Source: Eledone cirrhosa (Eukaryota). Taken from it: a DNA stretch of 64,000 bases. The first letter of the stretch is position 1, and the number at the start of each line of letters is the position of its first letter. Shown here one piece after another: positions 24,001 to 38,500 of this stretch. The stretch lies in assembly GCA_964016885.1 (NCBI GenBank), contig OZ024741.1, positions 256,990,001 through 257,054,000 on the forward strand, read 5' to 3'. The notes under the pieces were generated by a model. It did not search any database and was not told the DNA's origin. It saw nothing but the letters and a program-made list of their open reading frames with translations. The translations under genes and the position numbers were made by a program.

Positions 24001-27000
24001 ACGAGTGTTTCGACTTACGAGTGTTCTAATTTACGGATGTTTCGACATACGAGTGTTTTGACTTACGAGTGTTTCGACTTATGAGTGTTTCGACTTACGA
24101 GTGTTTCGGCTTACGAGTGGTTTGACTTACGAGTGTTCTGACTACGAGTGATTTGACTTACGAGTGTTTCGGCTTATGAGTGTTTCGACTTACGAGTGTT
24201 TCGGCTTATGAGTGTTTCGACTTACGTGTGTTTCGGTTTACGAGTGTTTCGACTTACGAGTGTTTCGACTTACGGGTGTTTCGACTTACGAGTGTTTCGA
24301 CTACGAGTGTTTCGACTTACGAGTGTTTCGGCTTACGAGTGTTTCGACATACGGGTGTTTCGACTTACGATGTTTCGGCTTACGAGTGTTTCGACTTACG
24401 AGTATTCTGACTTACGGGTGTTTCGACTTATGGGTGTTTCGACTTAAGAGTGTTTCGACTTACGAGCGCTTCGACTTACGAGTGTTCTGACTTACGAGTG
24501 TTCCGACTTACGAGTGTTTCGGCTTACGAGTGTTTCGACTTACGAGTGTTCCGGCTTACGCGTGTTTCGACTTACGAGTGTTTCGGCTTATGAGTGTTTC
24601 GACTTACGAGTGCTTCGGCTTACGAGTGTTTCGACTTACGAGTGTTTCGGCTTACGAGAGTTTCGACTTACGAATGTTTTGGCTTACGAGTGTTTCGGCT
24701 TACGAGTGTTTCGACTTACGGGTGTTTCGACTTACGGGTGTTCCGACTTAAGAGTGATTCGACTTACGGGCGCTTCGACTTACGAGTGTTCCGACTTACG
24801 AGTGTTTCTGCTTACGAGTGTTTCGACTTACGAATGTTTCGACTTACGAGTGTTTCGGCTTACGAGTGTTTCGACTTACTAATGTTTTTACTTAAGAGTG
24901 TTTCGGCGTACGAGTGTTTCGACTTACGAGTGTTTCGGCTTACGAGTGTTTCGACTTACGAGTGTTTTTACTTAAGGGTGTTTCGACTTACGAGTATTTT
25001 TGGCTTACGAGTGTTTCGACTTACGAGTGTTTTGACTTACGAGTGTTCTGATTTACGAATGTTTCGACATACGAGTGTTTTGACTTACGATGTTTCGACT
25101 TACGAGTGTTTCGACTTACGAGTGTTCTGACTTACGAGTGTTCTGACTTACGAGTGTTCCGGCTTACGAGTTTTTCGACTTACGAGTGTTTCGACTTACG
25201 AGTGTTTCGACTTACGAGTGTTTCGGCTTACGAGTGGTTTGACTTACGAGTGTTCTGATTTACGAATGTTTCGACATACGAGTGTTTTGACTTACGATGT
25301 TTCGACTTACGAGTGTTTCGACTTACGAGTGTTCTGACTTACGAGTGTTCTGACTTACGAGTGTTCCGGCTTACGAGTTTTTCGACTTACGAGTGTTTCG
25401 ACTTACGAGTGTTTCGACTTACGAGTGTTTCGGCTTACGAGTGGTTTGACTTACGAGTGTTCTGACTACGAGTGTTCTGACTTACGAGTGTTTCGGCTTA
25501 TGAGTGTTTCGACTTACGAGTGTTTCGGTTTATGAGTGTTTCGACTTACGAGTGTTTCGGCTTACGAGTGTTTCGACTTACGAATGTTTCGACTTACGGG
25601 TGTTTCGACTTACGAGTGTTTCGTCTACGAGTGTTTCGACTTACGAGTGTTTCGGCTTACGAGTGTTTCGACATACGGGTGTTTCGACTTACGGTGTTTC
25701 GGCTTACGAGTGTTTCGACTTACGAGTGTTTTGACTTACGAGTGTTCTGACTTACGAGTGTTCCGACTTACGAGTGTTCCGACTTACGAGTGTTTCGGCT
25801 TACGAGTGTTTCGGCTTACGAGTGTTTCGGCTTACGAGTGTTTTGACTTACGAGTGTTCTGACTACGAGTGTTCTGACTTACGGGTGTTCTGACTTACGG
25901 TGTTCCGACTTACGAGTGTTTCGGCTAATGAGTGTTTCGACTTACGGGCGTTTCGACTTACGGGTGTTTCGAATTACGAGTGTTTTGACTTACGAGTGTT
26001 CTGACTTACGAGTGTTTTGACTTACGAGTGTTCCGACTTACGAGTGTTTCGGCTTACGGGTGTTTCGACGTACGAGTATTTTTGGCTTACGAGTGTTTCG
26101 AGTTACGAGTGTTTTGAATTACGATTGTTTCGGCTTACGAGTGTTTCGACTTACGAGTATTTCGACTTACGAGTTTTTTTACTTACGGTGTTTCGGCTTA
26201 CGAGTGTTTCGACTTACGAGTGTTTCGACTTACGGGTGTTTTGACATACGAGTGTTTCGATATGAGTGCTCTGACTTACGAGTGTTCTGACTTACGAGTG
26301 TTCTGACTTACGGGTGTTCTGACTTACGTGTGTTCCGACTTACGAGTGTTTCAGCTATGGGTGTTTCGACTTACGAGTGTTTCGACTTACGAATGTTTTG
26401 GCTTACGAGTGTTTCGGCTTATGGGTGTTTCGACTTACGAGTGTTTCGACTTACGAGTGTTTTGACTTACGGTGTTTCGGCTTACAAGTTATTCGACATA
26501 CGAGTGTTTCGACTTACGGGTGTTTCGACTTACGGGTGTTTCGACTTACGAGTGTTTCGACTTACGAGTGTTCTGACTTACGAGTGTTCTGACTTACGAG
26601 TGTTCTGACTTACGAGTGTTCCGACTTACGAGTGTTCCGACTTACGAGTGTTTTGACTTACGAGTGTTCTGACTTACGAGTGTTCTGACTTACGAGTGTT
26701 CCGACTTACGAGTGTTCCGACTTACGAGTGTTTCGGCTTACGAGTGTTTCGGCTTACTAATGTTTTTACTTACGAGTGTTTCGGTGTACGAGTGTTTCGA
26801 CTTAAGGATGTTTCGACTTACGAGTGTTTCGACTTACGAGTGTTTCGACTTACGAGTGTTTTGGCTTACGAATGTTTTTACTTACGGGTGTTTCGACTTA
26901 CGGGTGTTTCGGCTTACGAGTGTTTCGACTTACGAGTGTTTTGACTTACGAGTGTTCTGACTTACGAGTGTTCCGACTTACGAGTGTTCCGACTTACGAG

Positions 27001-27943
27001 TGTTTCGGCTTACGAGTGTTTCGGCTTACGAGTGTTTCGGCTTACGAGTGTTTTGACTTACGAGTGTTCTGACTACGAGTGTTCTGACTTACGGGTGTTC
27101 TGACTTACGAGTGTTCCGACTTACGAGTGTTTCGGCTAATGAGTGTTTCGACTTACGGGCGTTTCGACTTACGGGTGTTTCGACTTACGAGTGTTTTGAC
27201 TTATGAGTGTTCAGACTTACGAGTGTTCTGACTTACGAGTGTTCCGACTTACGACTGTTTCGACTTACGAGTGTTTTGACTTACGAGTGTTCCGACTTAC
27301 GATTGTTTCGGCTTACGGGTGTTTCGACGTACGAGTATTTTTGGCTTACGAGTGTTTCGACTTACGAGTGTTTTGAATTACGATTGTTTCGGCTTACGAG
27401 TGTTTCGACTTACGAGTATTTCGACGTACGAGTTTTTTTTCCTTACGGTGTTTCGGCTTACGAGTGTTTCGACTTATGAGTGTTTCGACTTACGAGTGTT
27501 CTGACTTACGAGTGTTCTGACTTGCGAGTGTTCCGACTTACGAGTGTTTCGGCTTACGAGTGTTTCGACATACGAGTGTTTTGACTTACGGATGTTTCGA
27601 CTTACGGGTGTTTCGACTTACGAGTGTTTCGACTTACGAGTGTTCTGACTACGAGTGTTCTGACTTACGGGTGTTTCGACTTACGAGTGTTCCGACCTAC
27701 GAGGGTTTCAGCTTACGGGTGTTCCGGCTTATGAGTATTTTCGGCTTACGTGTGTTTCGACTTACGAGTGTTTTGACTTACGATTGTTTCGGCTTACGAG
27801 TGTTTCGACTTACGAGTGTTTCTACTTACGAGTGTTTTGACTTACGATTGTTTCGGCTTACGAGTGTTTCGACTTACGAGTGTTCTGACTTACGAGTGTT
27901 CTGACTTACGAGTGTTCTGACTTACGAGTGTTTCGACTTACGA

Positions 27944-28012
27944 AAATAACAAATAGACGCGGTTTCAAATCTGTATGCTTTTCAAGTTCATTACATTAAT
28001 CTTTATTTATAC
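27944..28012. repeat. AT-rich island, subtype C
   Basis: Same sequence as the 13455 copy. Confidence 0.97.
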
Positions 28013-29938
28013 GTTTCGCTTTACGAATGTTTCGACTTACGAGTGTTTCGACTTACGAGTGTTTCGACTTACGGGTGTTTCGACTTACGAGTGTTTCGAC
28101 ATACGAGTGTTCTGACTACGAGTGTTCTGACTTACGGGTGCTCTGACTTACGAGTGTTTCGACTTACGAGTGTTTCGACTTACGAGTGTTTCGACTTACG
28201 AGTGTTTCGGCTTACGAGTGTTTCGACTTACTAATGTTTTTACTTACGAGTGTTTCGGTGTACGAGTGTTTCGACTTAAGGATGTTTCGACTTACGAGTG
28301 TTTCGACTTACGAGTGTTTTGGCTTACGTGAGTTTCGACTTAAGAGTGTTCTGATTTACGAGTGTTCTGACTTGCGGGTGTTCTGATTTACGAGTGTTCC
28401 GACTTACGAGTGTTTCGGCTTATGAGTGTTTCGACTTACGAGTGTTTCGGCTTACGAGTGTTTCGACTTATGGGCGTTTCGACTTACGAGTGTTTTTACT
28501 TACGGTGTTTCGGCTTACGAGTGCTTCGACATACGAGTGTTTTGACTTACGTGTGTTTCGACTTACGAGTGTTTTGACTTACGAATGTTTTGACTTACGA
28601 GTGTTTCGGCGTACGAGAGTTTTGACTTACGAGTGTTTCTACTTACGAGTGTTTCGACTTACGAGTGTATTGACTTACGAATGTTTTGACTTACGGGTGT
28701 TTCGGCTTACGAGTGTTTCGACTTACGAGTCTTTCGGCTTACGAGTGTTTCGACTTACTAATGTTTTTACTTACGAGTGTTTCGGCGTACGAGTGTTTCG
28801 ACTTACGAGTGTTTCGGCTTACGAGTGTTTCGACTTACTAATGTTTTTACTTACGAGTGTTTCGGCGTACGAGTGTTTCGACTTACGAGTGTTTTTACTT
28901 AAGGGTGTTTCGACTTACGTGTATTTTTGGCTTACGAGTGTTTCGACTTACGAGTGTTTTGACTTACGAGTGTTCTGATTTACGGATGTTTCGACATACG
29001 AGTGTTTTGACTTACGATGTTTCGACTTACGAGTGTTTCGACTTACGAGTGTTTCGACTTACGGGTGTTTCGACTTACGAGTGTTTCAACTTACGAGTGT
29101 TTCGACTTACGAATGTTTCGACTTACGGGTGTTTCGGCTTACGAGTGTTTCGACTTACGAGTGTTCTGACTTACGAGTGTTCTGACTTACGAGTGTTCCG
29201 GCTTACGAGTTTTTCGACTTACGAGTGTTTCGACTTACGAGTGTTTCGACTTACGAGTGTTTCGGCTTACGAGTGGTTTGACTTACGAGTGTTCTTACTA
29301 CGAGTGTTCTGACTTACGAATGTTTCGGCTTATGAGTGTTTCGACTTACGAGTGTTTCGGTTTATGAGTGTTTCGACTTACGAGTGTTTCGGCTTACGAG
29401 TGTTTGGACTTACCAGTGTTTCGACTTACGGGTGTTTCGACTTACGAGTGTTTCGTCTACGAGTGTTTCGGCTTACGAGTGTTTCGACATACGGGTGTTT
29501 CGACTTACGGTGTTTCGGCTTACGAGTGTTTCGACTTACGAGTGTTCTGACTTACGAGTGTTCTGACTTATGAGTGTTCTGACTTACGAGTGTTCCGACT
29601 TACGAGTGTTTCGGCTTACGAGTGTTTCGACTTACGAGTGTTTCGACTTACGAGTGTTTCGACTTATGAGTGTTTTGACTTACGGTGTTTCGGCTTACGA
29701 GTGTTTCGACTTACGAGTGTTTTGACTTACTGGTGTTTTGACATACGAGTGTTTCGATACGAGTGTTTCGACTTACGAGTGTTCTGACTTACGAGTGTTC
29801 TGACTTACGAGTGTTCTGACTTACGAGTGTTCTAACTTACGAGTGTTCTGACTTACGAGTGTTCTGACTTACGAGTGTTCCGACTTACGAGTGTTTCGGC
29901 TCACGAGTGTTTCGGCTTACGAGTGTTTCGACTTACGA

Positions 29939-30007
29939 AAATAACAAATAGACGCGGTTTCAAATCCCTATGCTTTTCAAATTCAGTACATTAATCTTTA
30001 TTCATAC
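29939..30007. repeat. AT-rich island, subtype A
   Basis: Same sequence as the 961 copy. Confidence 0.97.
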
Positions 30008-32351
30008 GTTTCGCTTTACGAGTGTTTCGACTTACGAGTGTTTCGACTTACGAGTGTTTCGGCTTACGAGTGTTTTGACTTACGAGTGTTTTGACTTACA
30101 TGTGTTTCGACTTACGCGTGTTTCGACTTACGAGTGTTTCGACTTGCGAGTGTTTCGACTACGAGTGTTTCGACTTACGAATGTTTTGACTTACGGATGT
30201 TTTGACTTACGGGTGTTTCGGCTTACGAGTGTTTCGACTTACGAGTGTTCTGACTTACGAGTGTTCTGACTTACGAGTGTTCTGACTTACGAGTGTTCCG
30301 ACTTACGAGTGTTTCGACTTAAGAGTGTTTCGGATTACGAGTGCTTCGACTTACGAGTGTTTCGGCTTACGAGTGTTTCGACTTACTAATGTTTTTACTT
30401 ACGAGTGTTTCGGCGTACGAGTGTTTCCACTTACGAGTGTTTCGACTTACGGGTGTTTTGACTTACGGGTGTTTCGGCTTACGAGTGTTTCGACTTACGA
30501 GTGTTTTGACTTAAGGGTGTTTCGACTTACGAGTATTTTTGGCTTACGAGTGTTTCGACTTACGAGTGTTTTGACTTACGAGTGTTCTAATTTACAGATG
30601 TTTCGACATACGAGTGTTTTGACTTACGAGTGTTTCGACTTATGAGTGTTTCGACTTACGAGTGTTTCGGCTTACGAGTGGTTTGACTTACGAGTGTTCT
30701 GACTACGAGTGTTTTGACTTACGAGTGTTTCGGCTTATGAGTGTTTCGACTTACGAGTGTTTCGGTTTACGAGTGTTTCGACTTACGAGTGTTTCGACTT
30801 ACGAGTGTTTCGACTTACGAGTGATTCGACCACGAGTGTTTCGACTTACGAGTGTTTCGGCTTACGAGTGTTTCGACATACGGGTGTTTCGACTTACGAT
30901 GTTTCGGCTTACGAGTGTTTCGACTTACGAGTGTTCTGACTTACGGGTGTTTCGACTTACTGGTGTTTCGACTTAAGAGTGTTTCGACTTACGAGCGCTT
31001 CGACTTACGAGTGTTCTGACTTACGAGTGTTCCGACTTACGAGTGTTTCGGCTTACGAGTGTTTCGGCTTACTAATGTTTTTACTTACGAGTGTTTCGGT
31101 GTACGAGTGTTTCGACTTAAGGATGTTTCGACTTACGAGTGTTTCGACTTACGAGTGTTTCGACTTACGAGTGTTTCGACTTACGAGTGTTTCGACTTAC
31201 GAGTTTTTTGGCTTACGAAGGTTTTGACTTACGGGTGTTTCGACTTACGGGTGTTTCGGCTTACGAGTGTTTCGACTTACGAGTGTTTTGACTTACGAGT
31301 GTTCTGACTTACGAGTGTTCCGACTTACGAGTGTTCCGACTTACGAGTGTTTCGGCTTAAGAGTGTTTCGGCTTACGAATGTTTCGGCTTACGAGTGTTT
31401 TGACTTACGAGTGTTCTGACTACGAGTGTTCTGACTTACGGGTGTTCTGACTTACGAGTGTTCCGACTTACGAGAGTTTCGGCTAATGAGTGTTTCGACT
31501 TACGGGCGTTTCGACTTACGGGTGTTTCGACTTACGAGTGTTTTGACTTACGAGTGTTCTGACTTACGAGTGTTCTGACTTACGAGTGTTCCGACTTACG
31601 ACTGTTTCGACTTACGAGTGTTTTGACTTACGAGTGTTCCGACTTACGATTGTTTCGGCTTACGGGTGTTTCGACGTACGAGTATTTTTGGCTTACGAGT
31701 GTTTCGACTTACGAGTGTTTTGAATTACGATTGTTTCGGCTTACGAGTGTTTCGACTTACGAGTATTTCGACTTACGAGTTTTTTTACTTACGGTGTTTC
31801 GGCTTACGAGTGTTTCGACTTATGAGTGTTTCGACTTACGAGTGTTCTGACTTACGAGTGTTCTGACTTGCGAGTGTTCCGACTTACGAGTGTTTCGGCT
31901 TACGAGTGTTTCGACATACGAGTGTTTTGACTTACGGATGTTTCGACTTACGGGTGTTTCGACTTACGAGTGTTTCGACTTACGAGTGTTCTGACTGCGA
32001 GTGTTCTGACTTACGGGTGTTTCGACTTACGTGTGTTTCGACTTACGAGTGTTCCGACCTACGAGGTTTTCAGCTTACGGGTGTTCCGGCTTATGAGTAT
32101 TTTCGGCTTACGTGTGTTTCGACTTACGAGTGTTTTGACTTACGATTGTTTCGGCTTACGAGTGTTTCGACTTACGAGTGTTTCGACTTACGAGTGTTTT
32201 GACTTACGGGTGTTTTGACATACGAGTGTTTCGACACGAGTGTTCTGACTTAAGAGTGTTCTGACTTACGAGTGTTCTGACTTACGAGTGTTCTGACTTA
32301 CGAGTGTTCTGACTTACGAGTGTTCTGACTTACGAGTGTTTCGACTTACGA

Positions 32352-32420
32352 AAATAACAAATAGACGCGGTTTCAAATCTCTATGCTTTTCAAGTTCATT
32401 ACATTAATCTTTATTTATAC
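32352..32420. repeat. AT-rich island, subtype B
   Basis: Same sequence as the 3374 copy. Confidence 0.97.
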
Positions 32421-35400
32421 GTTTCGCTTTACGAATGTTTCGACTTACGAGTGTTTCGACTTACGAGTGTTTCCACTTACGAGTGTTCTGACTTACGAGT
32501 GTTCTGACTTACGAGTGTTCCGACTTACGAGTGTTTCGACTTACGAGTGTTTTGGCTTACGAGTGTTTTGACTTAATGGTGTTTCGACTTACGAGTGTTT
32601 CGATACGAGTGTTTCGACTTACGAGTGTTTCGGCTTACGAGTGTTTCGACTTACGAGTGTTTCGACTTACGAGTGTTCTGATTTACGGATGTTTCGACAT
32701 ACGAGTGTTTCGACTTACGATTGTTTCGACTTACGAGTGTTTTGACATACGGGTGTTTTGACATACGAGTGTTTCGATACGAGTGTTTCGACTTACGAGT
32801 GTTCTGACTTACGAGTGTTCTGACTTACGAGTGTTCTGACTTACGAGTGTTCCGACTTACGAGTGTTCCGACTTACGAGTGTTCTGACTTACGAGTGTTC
32901 TGACTTACGAGTGTTCCGGCTTACGAGTTTTCGACTTACGAGTGTTTCGACTTACGAGTGTTTCGGCTTACAAGTGTTTCGGCTTACGAGTGGTTTGACT
33001 TACGAGTGTTCTGACTACGAGTGTTCTGTCTTACGAGTGTTTCGACTTACGAGTGTTTCGGCTTATGAGTGTTTCGACTTACGAGTGTTTCGGCTTACGA
33101 GTGTTTCGACTTACGAGTGTTTCGACTTACGGGTGTTTCGACTTACGAGTGTTTCGACTACGAATGTTTCGACTTACGAGTGTTTCGGCTTACGAGTGTT
33201 TCGACTTATGGGTGTTTCGACTTACGAGTGTTTTTACTTACGGTGTTTCGGCTTACGAGTGTTTCGACATACGAGTGTTTTGACTTACGGGTGTTTCGAC
33301 TTACGAGTGTTTCAACTTACGAATGTTTTGACTTACGGGTGTTTCGGCTTACGAGTGTTTCGATTTATGAGTGTTTCGGCTTACGAGTGTTTCGACTTAC
33401 TAATGTTTTTACTTACGAGTGTTTCGGCGTACGAGAGTTTTGACTTACGAGTGTTTCTACTTACGAGTGTTTCGACTTACGAGTGTTTTGACTTACGAAT
33501 GTTTTGACTTACGGGTGTTTCGGCTTACGAGTGTTTCGACTTACGAGTCTTTCGGCTTACGAGTGTTTCTACTTACTAATGTTTTTACTTACGAGTGTTT
33601 CGGCGTACGAGTGTTTCGACTTACGAGTGTTTCGACTTACGGGTGTTTTGACTTACGGGTGTTTCGGCTTACGAGTGTTTCGACTTACGAGTGTTTTGAC
33701 TTAAGGGTGTTTCGACTTACGAGTATTTTTGGCTTACGAAGGTTTTGACTTACGGGTGTTTCGACTTACGGGTGTTTCGGCTTACGAGTGTTTCGACTTA
33801 CGAGTGTTTTGACTTACGAGTGTTTCGGCTTATGAGTGTTTCGACTTACGAGTGTTTCGGTTTACGAGTGTTTCGACTTACGAGTGTTTCGACTTACGAG
33901 TGTTTCGACTTACGAGTGATTCGACCACGAGTGTTTCGACTTACGAGTGTTTCGGCTTACGAGTGTTTCGACATACGGGTGTTTCGACTTACGATGTTTC
34001 GGCTTACGAGTGTTTCGACTTACGAGTGTTCTGACTTACGGGTGTTTCGACTTACTGGTGTTTCGACTTAAGAGTGTTTCGACTTACGAGCGCTTCGACT
34101 TACGAGTGTTCTGACTTACGAGTGTTCCGACTTACGAGTGTTTCGGCTTACGAGTGTTTCGGCTTACTAATGTTTTTACTTACGAGTGTTTCGGTGTACG
34201 AGTGTTTCGACTTAAGGATGTTTCGACTTACGAGTGTTTCGACTTACGAGTGTTTCGACTTACGAGTGTTTCGACTTACGAGTGTTTCGACTTACGAGTT
34301 TTTTGGCTTACGAAGGTTTTGACTTACGGGTGTTTCGACTTACGGGTGTTTCGGCTTACGAGTGTTTCGACTTACGAGTGTTTTGACTTACGAGTGTTCT
34401 GACTTACGAGTGTTCCGACTTACGAGTGTTCCGACTTACGAGTGTTTCGGCTTAAGAGTGTTTCGGCTTACGAATGTTTCGGCTTACGAGTGTTTTGACT
34501 TACGAGTGTTCTGACTACGAGTGTTCTGACTTACGGGTGTTCTGACTTACGAGTGTTCCGACTTACGAGAGTTTCGGCTAATGAGTGTTTCGACTTACGG
34601 GCGTTTCGACTTACGGGTGTTTCGACTTACGAGTGTTTTGACTTACGAGTGTTCTGACTTACGAGTGTTCTGACTTACGAGTGTTCCGACTTACGACTGT
34701 TTCGACTTACGAGTGTTTTGACTTACGAGTGTTCCGACTTACGATTGTTTCGGCTTACGGGTGTTTCGACGTACGAGTATTTTTGGCTTACGAGTGTTTC
34801 GACTTACGAGTGTTTTGAATTACGATTGTTTCGGCTTACGAGTGTTTCGACTTACGAGTATTTCGACTTACGAGTTTTTTTACTTACGGTGTTTCGGCTT
34901 ACGAGTGTTTCGACTTATGAGTGTTTCGACTTACGAGTGTTCTGACTTACGAGTGTTCTGACTTGCGAGTGTTCCGACTTACGAGTGTTTCGGCTTACGA
35001 GTGTTTCGACATACGAGTGTTTTGACTTACGGATGTTTCGACTTACGGGTGTTTCGACTTACGAGTGTTTCGACTTACGAGTGTTCTGACTGCGAGTGTT
35101 CTGACTTACGGGTGTTTCGACTTACGTGTGTTTCGACTTACGAGTGTTCCGACCTACGAGGTTTTCAGCTTACGGGTGTTCCGGCTTATGAGTATTTTCG
35201 GCTTACGTGTGTTTCGACTTACGAGTGTTTTGACTTACGATTGTTTCGGCTTACGAGTGTTTCGACTTACGAGTGTTTCGACTTACGAGTGTTTTGACTT
35301 ACGGGTGTTTTGACATACGAGTGTTTCGACACGAGTGTTCTGACTTAAGAGTGTTCTGACTTACGAGTGTTCTGACTTACGAGTGTTCTGACTTACGAGT

Positions 35401-35446
35401 GTTCTGACTTACGAGTGTTCTGAATTACGAGTGTTTCGACTTACGA

Positions 35447-35515
35447 AAATAACAAATAGACGCGGTTTCAAATCTCTATGCTTTTCAAGTTCATTACATT
35501 AATCTTTATTTATAC
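35447..35515. repeat. AT-rich island, subtype B
   Basis: Same sequence as the 3374 copy. Confidence 0.97.
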
Positions 35516-38500
35516 GTTTCGCTTTACGAATGTTTCGACTTACGAGTGTTTCGACTTACGAGTGTTTCCACTTACGAGTGTTCTGACTTACGAGTGTTCT
35601 GACTTACGAGTGTTCCGACTTACGAGTGTTTCGACTTACGAGTGTTTTGGCTTACGAGTGTTTTGACTTAAGGGTGTTTCGACTTACGAGTGTTTCGATA
35701 CGAGTGTTTCGACTTACGAGTGTTTCGGCTTACGAGTGTTTCGACTTACGAGTGTTTCGACTTACGAGTGTTCTGATTTACGGATGTTTCGACATACGAG
35801 TGTTTCGACTTACGATTGTTTCGACTTACGAGTGTTTTGACATACGGGTGTTTTGACATACGAGTGTTTCGATACGAGTGTTTCGACTTACGAGTGTTCT
35901 GACTTACGAGTGTTCTGACTTACGAGTGTTCTGACTTACGAGTGTTCTGACTTACGAGTGTTCCGACTTACGAGTGTTCCGACTTACGAGTGTTCTGACA
36001 TACGAGTGTTCTGACTTACGAGTGTTCCGGCTTACGAGTTTTCGACTTACGAGTGTTTCGACTTACGAGTGTTTCGGCTTACAAGTGTTTCGGCTTACGA
36101 GTGGTTTGACTTACGAGTGTTCTGACTACGAGTGTTCTGTCTTACGAGTGTTTCGACTTACGAGTGTTTCGGCTTATGAGTGTTTCGACTTACGAGTGTT
36201 TCGGCTTACGAGTGTTTCGACTTACGAGTGTTTCGACTTACGGGTGTTTCGACTTACGAGTGTTTCGACTACGAATGTTTCGACTTACGAGTGTTTCGGC
36301 TTACGAGTGTTTCGACTTATGGGTGTTTCGACTTACGAGTGTTTTTACTTACGGTGTTTCGGCTTACGAGTGTTTCGACATACGAGTGTTTTGACTTACG
36401 GGTGTTTCGACTTACGAGTGTTTCAACTTACGAATGTTTTGACTTACGGGTGTTTCGGCTTTCGAGTGTTTCGATTTATGAGTGTTTCGGCTTACGAGTG
36501 TTTCGACTTACTAATGTTTTTACTTACGAGTGTTTCGGCGTACGAGAGTTTTGACTTACGAGTGTTTCTACTTACGAGTGTTTCGACTTACGAGTGTTTT
36601 GACTTACGAATGTTTTGACTTACGGGTGTTTCGGCTTACGAGTGTTTCGACTTACGAGTCTTTCGGCTTACGAGTGTTTCTACTTACTAATGTTTTTACT
36701 TACGAGTGTTTCGGCGTACGAGTGTTTCGACTTACGAGTGTTTCGACTTACGGGTGTTTTGACTTACGGGTGTTTCGGCTTACGAGTGTTTCGACTTACG
36801 AGTGTTTTGACTTAAGGGTGTTTCGACTTACGAGTATTTTTGACTTACGAGTGTTTCGACTTACGAGTGTTTTGACTTACGAGTGTTCTAATTTACGGAT
36901 GTTTCGACATACGAGTGTTTTGACTTACGAGTGTTTCGACTTATGAGTGTTTCGACTTACGAGTGTTTCGGCTTACGAGTGGTTTGACTTACGAGTGTTC
37001 TGACTACGAGTGTTTTGACTTACGAGTTTTTCGGCTTATGAGTGTTTCGACTTACGAGTGTTTCGGCTTATGAGTGTTTCGACTTACGTGTGTTTCGGTT
37101 TACGAGTGTTTCGACTTACGAGTGTTTCGACTTACGGGTGTTTCGACTTACGAGTGTTTCGACTACGAGTGTTTCGACTTACGAGTGTTTCGGCTTATGA
37201 GTGTTTCGACATACGGGTGTTTCGACTTACGATGTTTCGGCTTACGAGTGTTTCGACTTACGAGTATTCTGACTTACGGGTGTTTCGACTTACGGGTGTT
37301 TCGACTTAAGAGTGTTTCGACTTACGAGCGCTTCGACTTACGAGTGTTCTGACTTACGAGTGTTCCGACTTACGAGTGTTTCGGCTTACGAGTGTTTCGA
37401 CTTACGAGTGTTCCGGCTTACGCGTGTTTCGACTTACGAGTGTTTCGGCTTATGAGTGTTTCGACTTACGAGTGCTTCGGCTTACGAGTGTTTCGACTTA
37501 CGAGTGTTTCGGCTTACGAGAGTTTCGACTTACGAATGTTTTGGCTTACGAGTGTTTCGGCTTACGAGTGTTTCGACTTACGGGTGTTTCGACTTACGGG
37601 TGTTCCGACTTAAGAGTGATTCGACTTACGAGCGCTTCGACTTACGAGTGTTCCGACTTACGAGTGTTTCTGCTTACGAGTGTTTCGACTTACGAGTGTT
37701 TCGGCTTACAAGTGTTTCGGCTTACGAGTGGTTTGACTTACGAGTGTTCTGACTACGAGTGTTTCGACTTACGAGTGTTCCGGCTTACGCGTGTTTCGAC
37801 TTACGAGTGTTTCGGCTTATGAGTGTTTCGACTCACGAGTGTTTCGGCTTACGAGTGTTTCGACTTACGAGTGTTTCGACTTACGGGTGTTTCGACTTAC
37901 GAGTGTTTCGACTACGAATGTTTCGACTTACGAGTGTTTCGGCTTACGAGTGTTTCGACTTATGGGTGTTTCGACTTACGAGTGTTTTTACTTACGGTGT
38001 TTCGGCTTCCGAGTGTTTCGACATACGAGTGTTTTGACTTACGGGTGTTTCGACTTACGAATGTTTTGACTTACGGGTGTTTCGGCTTACGATTGTTTCG
38101 ATTTATGAGTGTTTCGGCTTACGAGTGTTTCGACTTACTAATGTTTTTACTTACGAGTGTTTCGGCGTACGAGAGTTTTGACTTACGAGTGTTTCTACTT
38201 ACGAGTGTTTCGACTTACGAGTGTTTTGACTTACGAATGTTTTGACTTACGGGTGTTTCGGCTTACGAGTGTTTCGACTTTCGAGTCTTTCGGCTTACGA
38301 GTGTTTCGACTTACTAATGTTTTTACTTACGAGTGTTTCGGCGTACGAGTGTTTCGACTTACGAGTGTTTCGACTTACGGGTGTTTTGACTTACGGGTGT
38401 TTCGGCTTACGAGTGTTTCGACTTACGAGTGTTTTGACTTAAGGGTGTTTCGACTTACGAGTATTTTTGGCTTACGAGTGTTTCGACTTACGAGTGTTTT

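Larger units (their letters stand above)
15450..29938 (+). repeat. HOR unit 2, 14,489 bp (A-B-B-C)
   Basis: Island spacings 2413/3095/6986/1995 equal those of unit 1. Only a few SNP differences were seen (e.g. 18088, 20718, ~24895). Confidence 0.97.
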
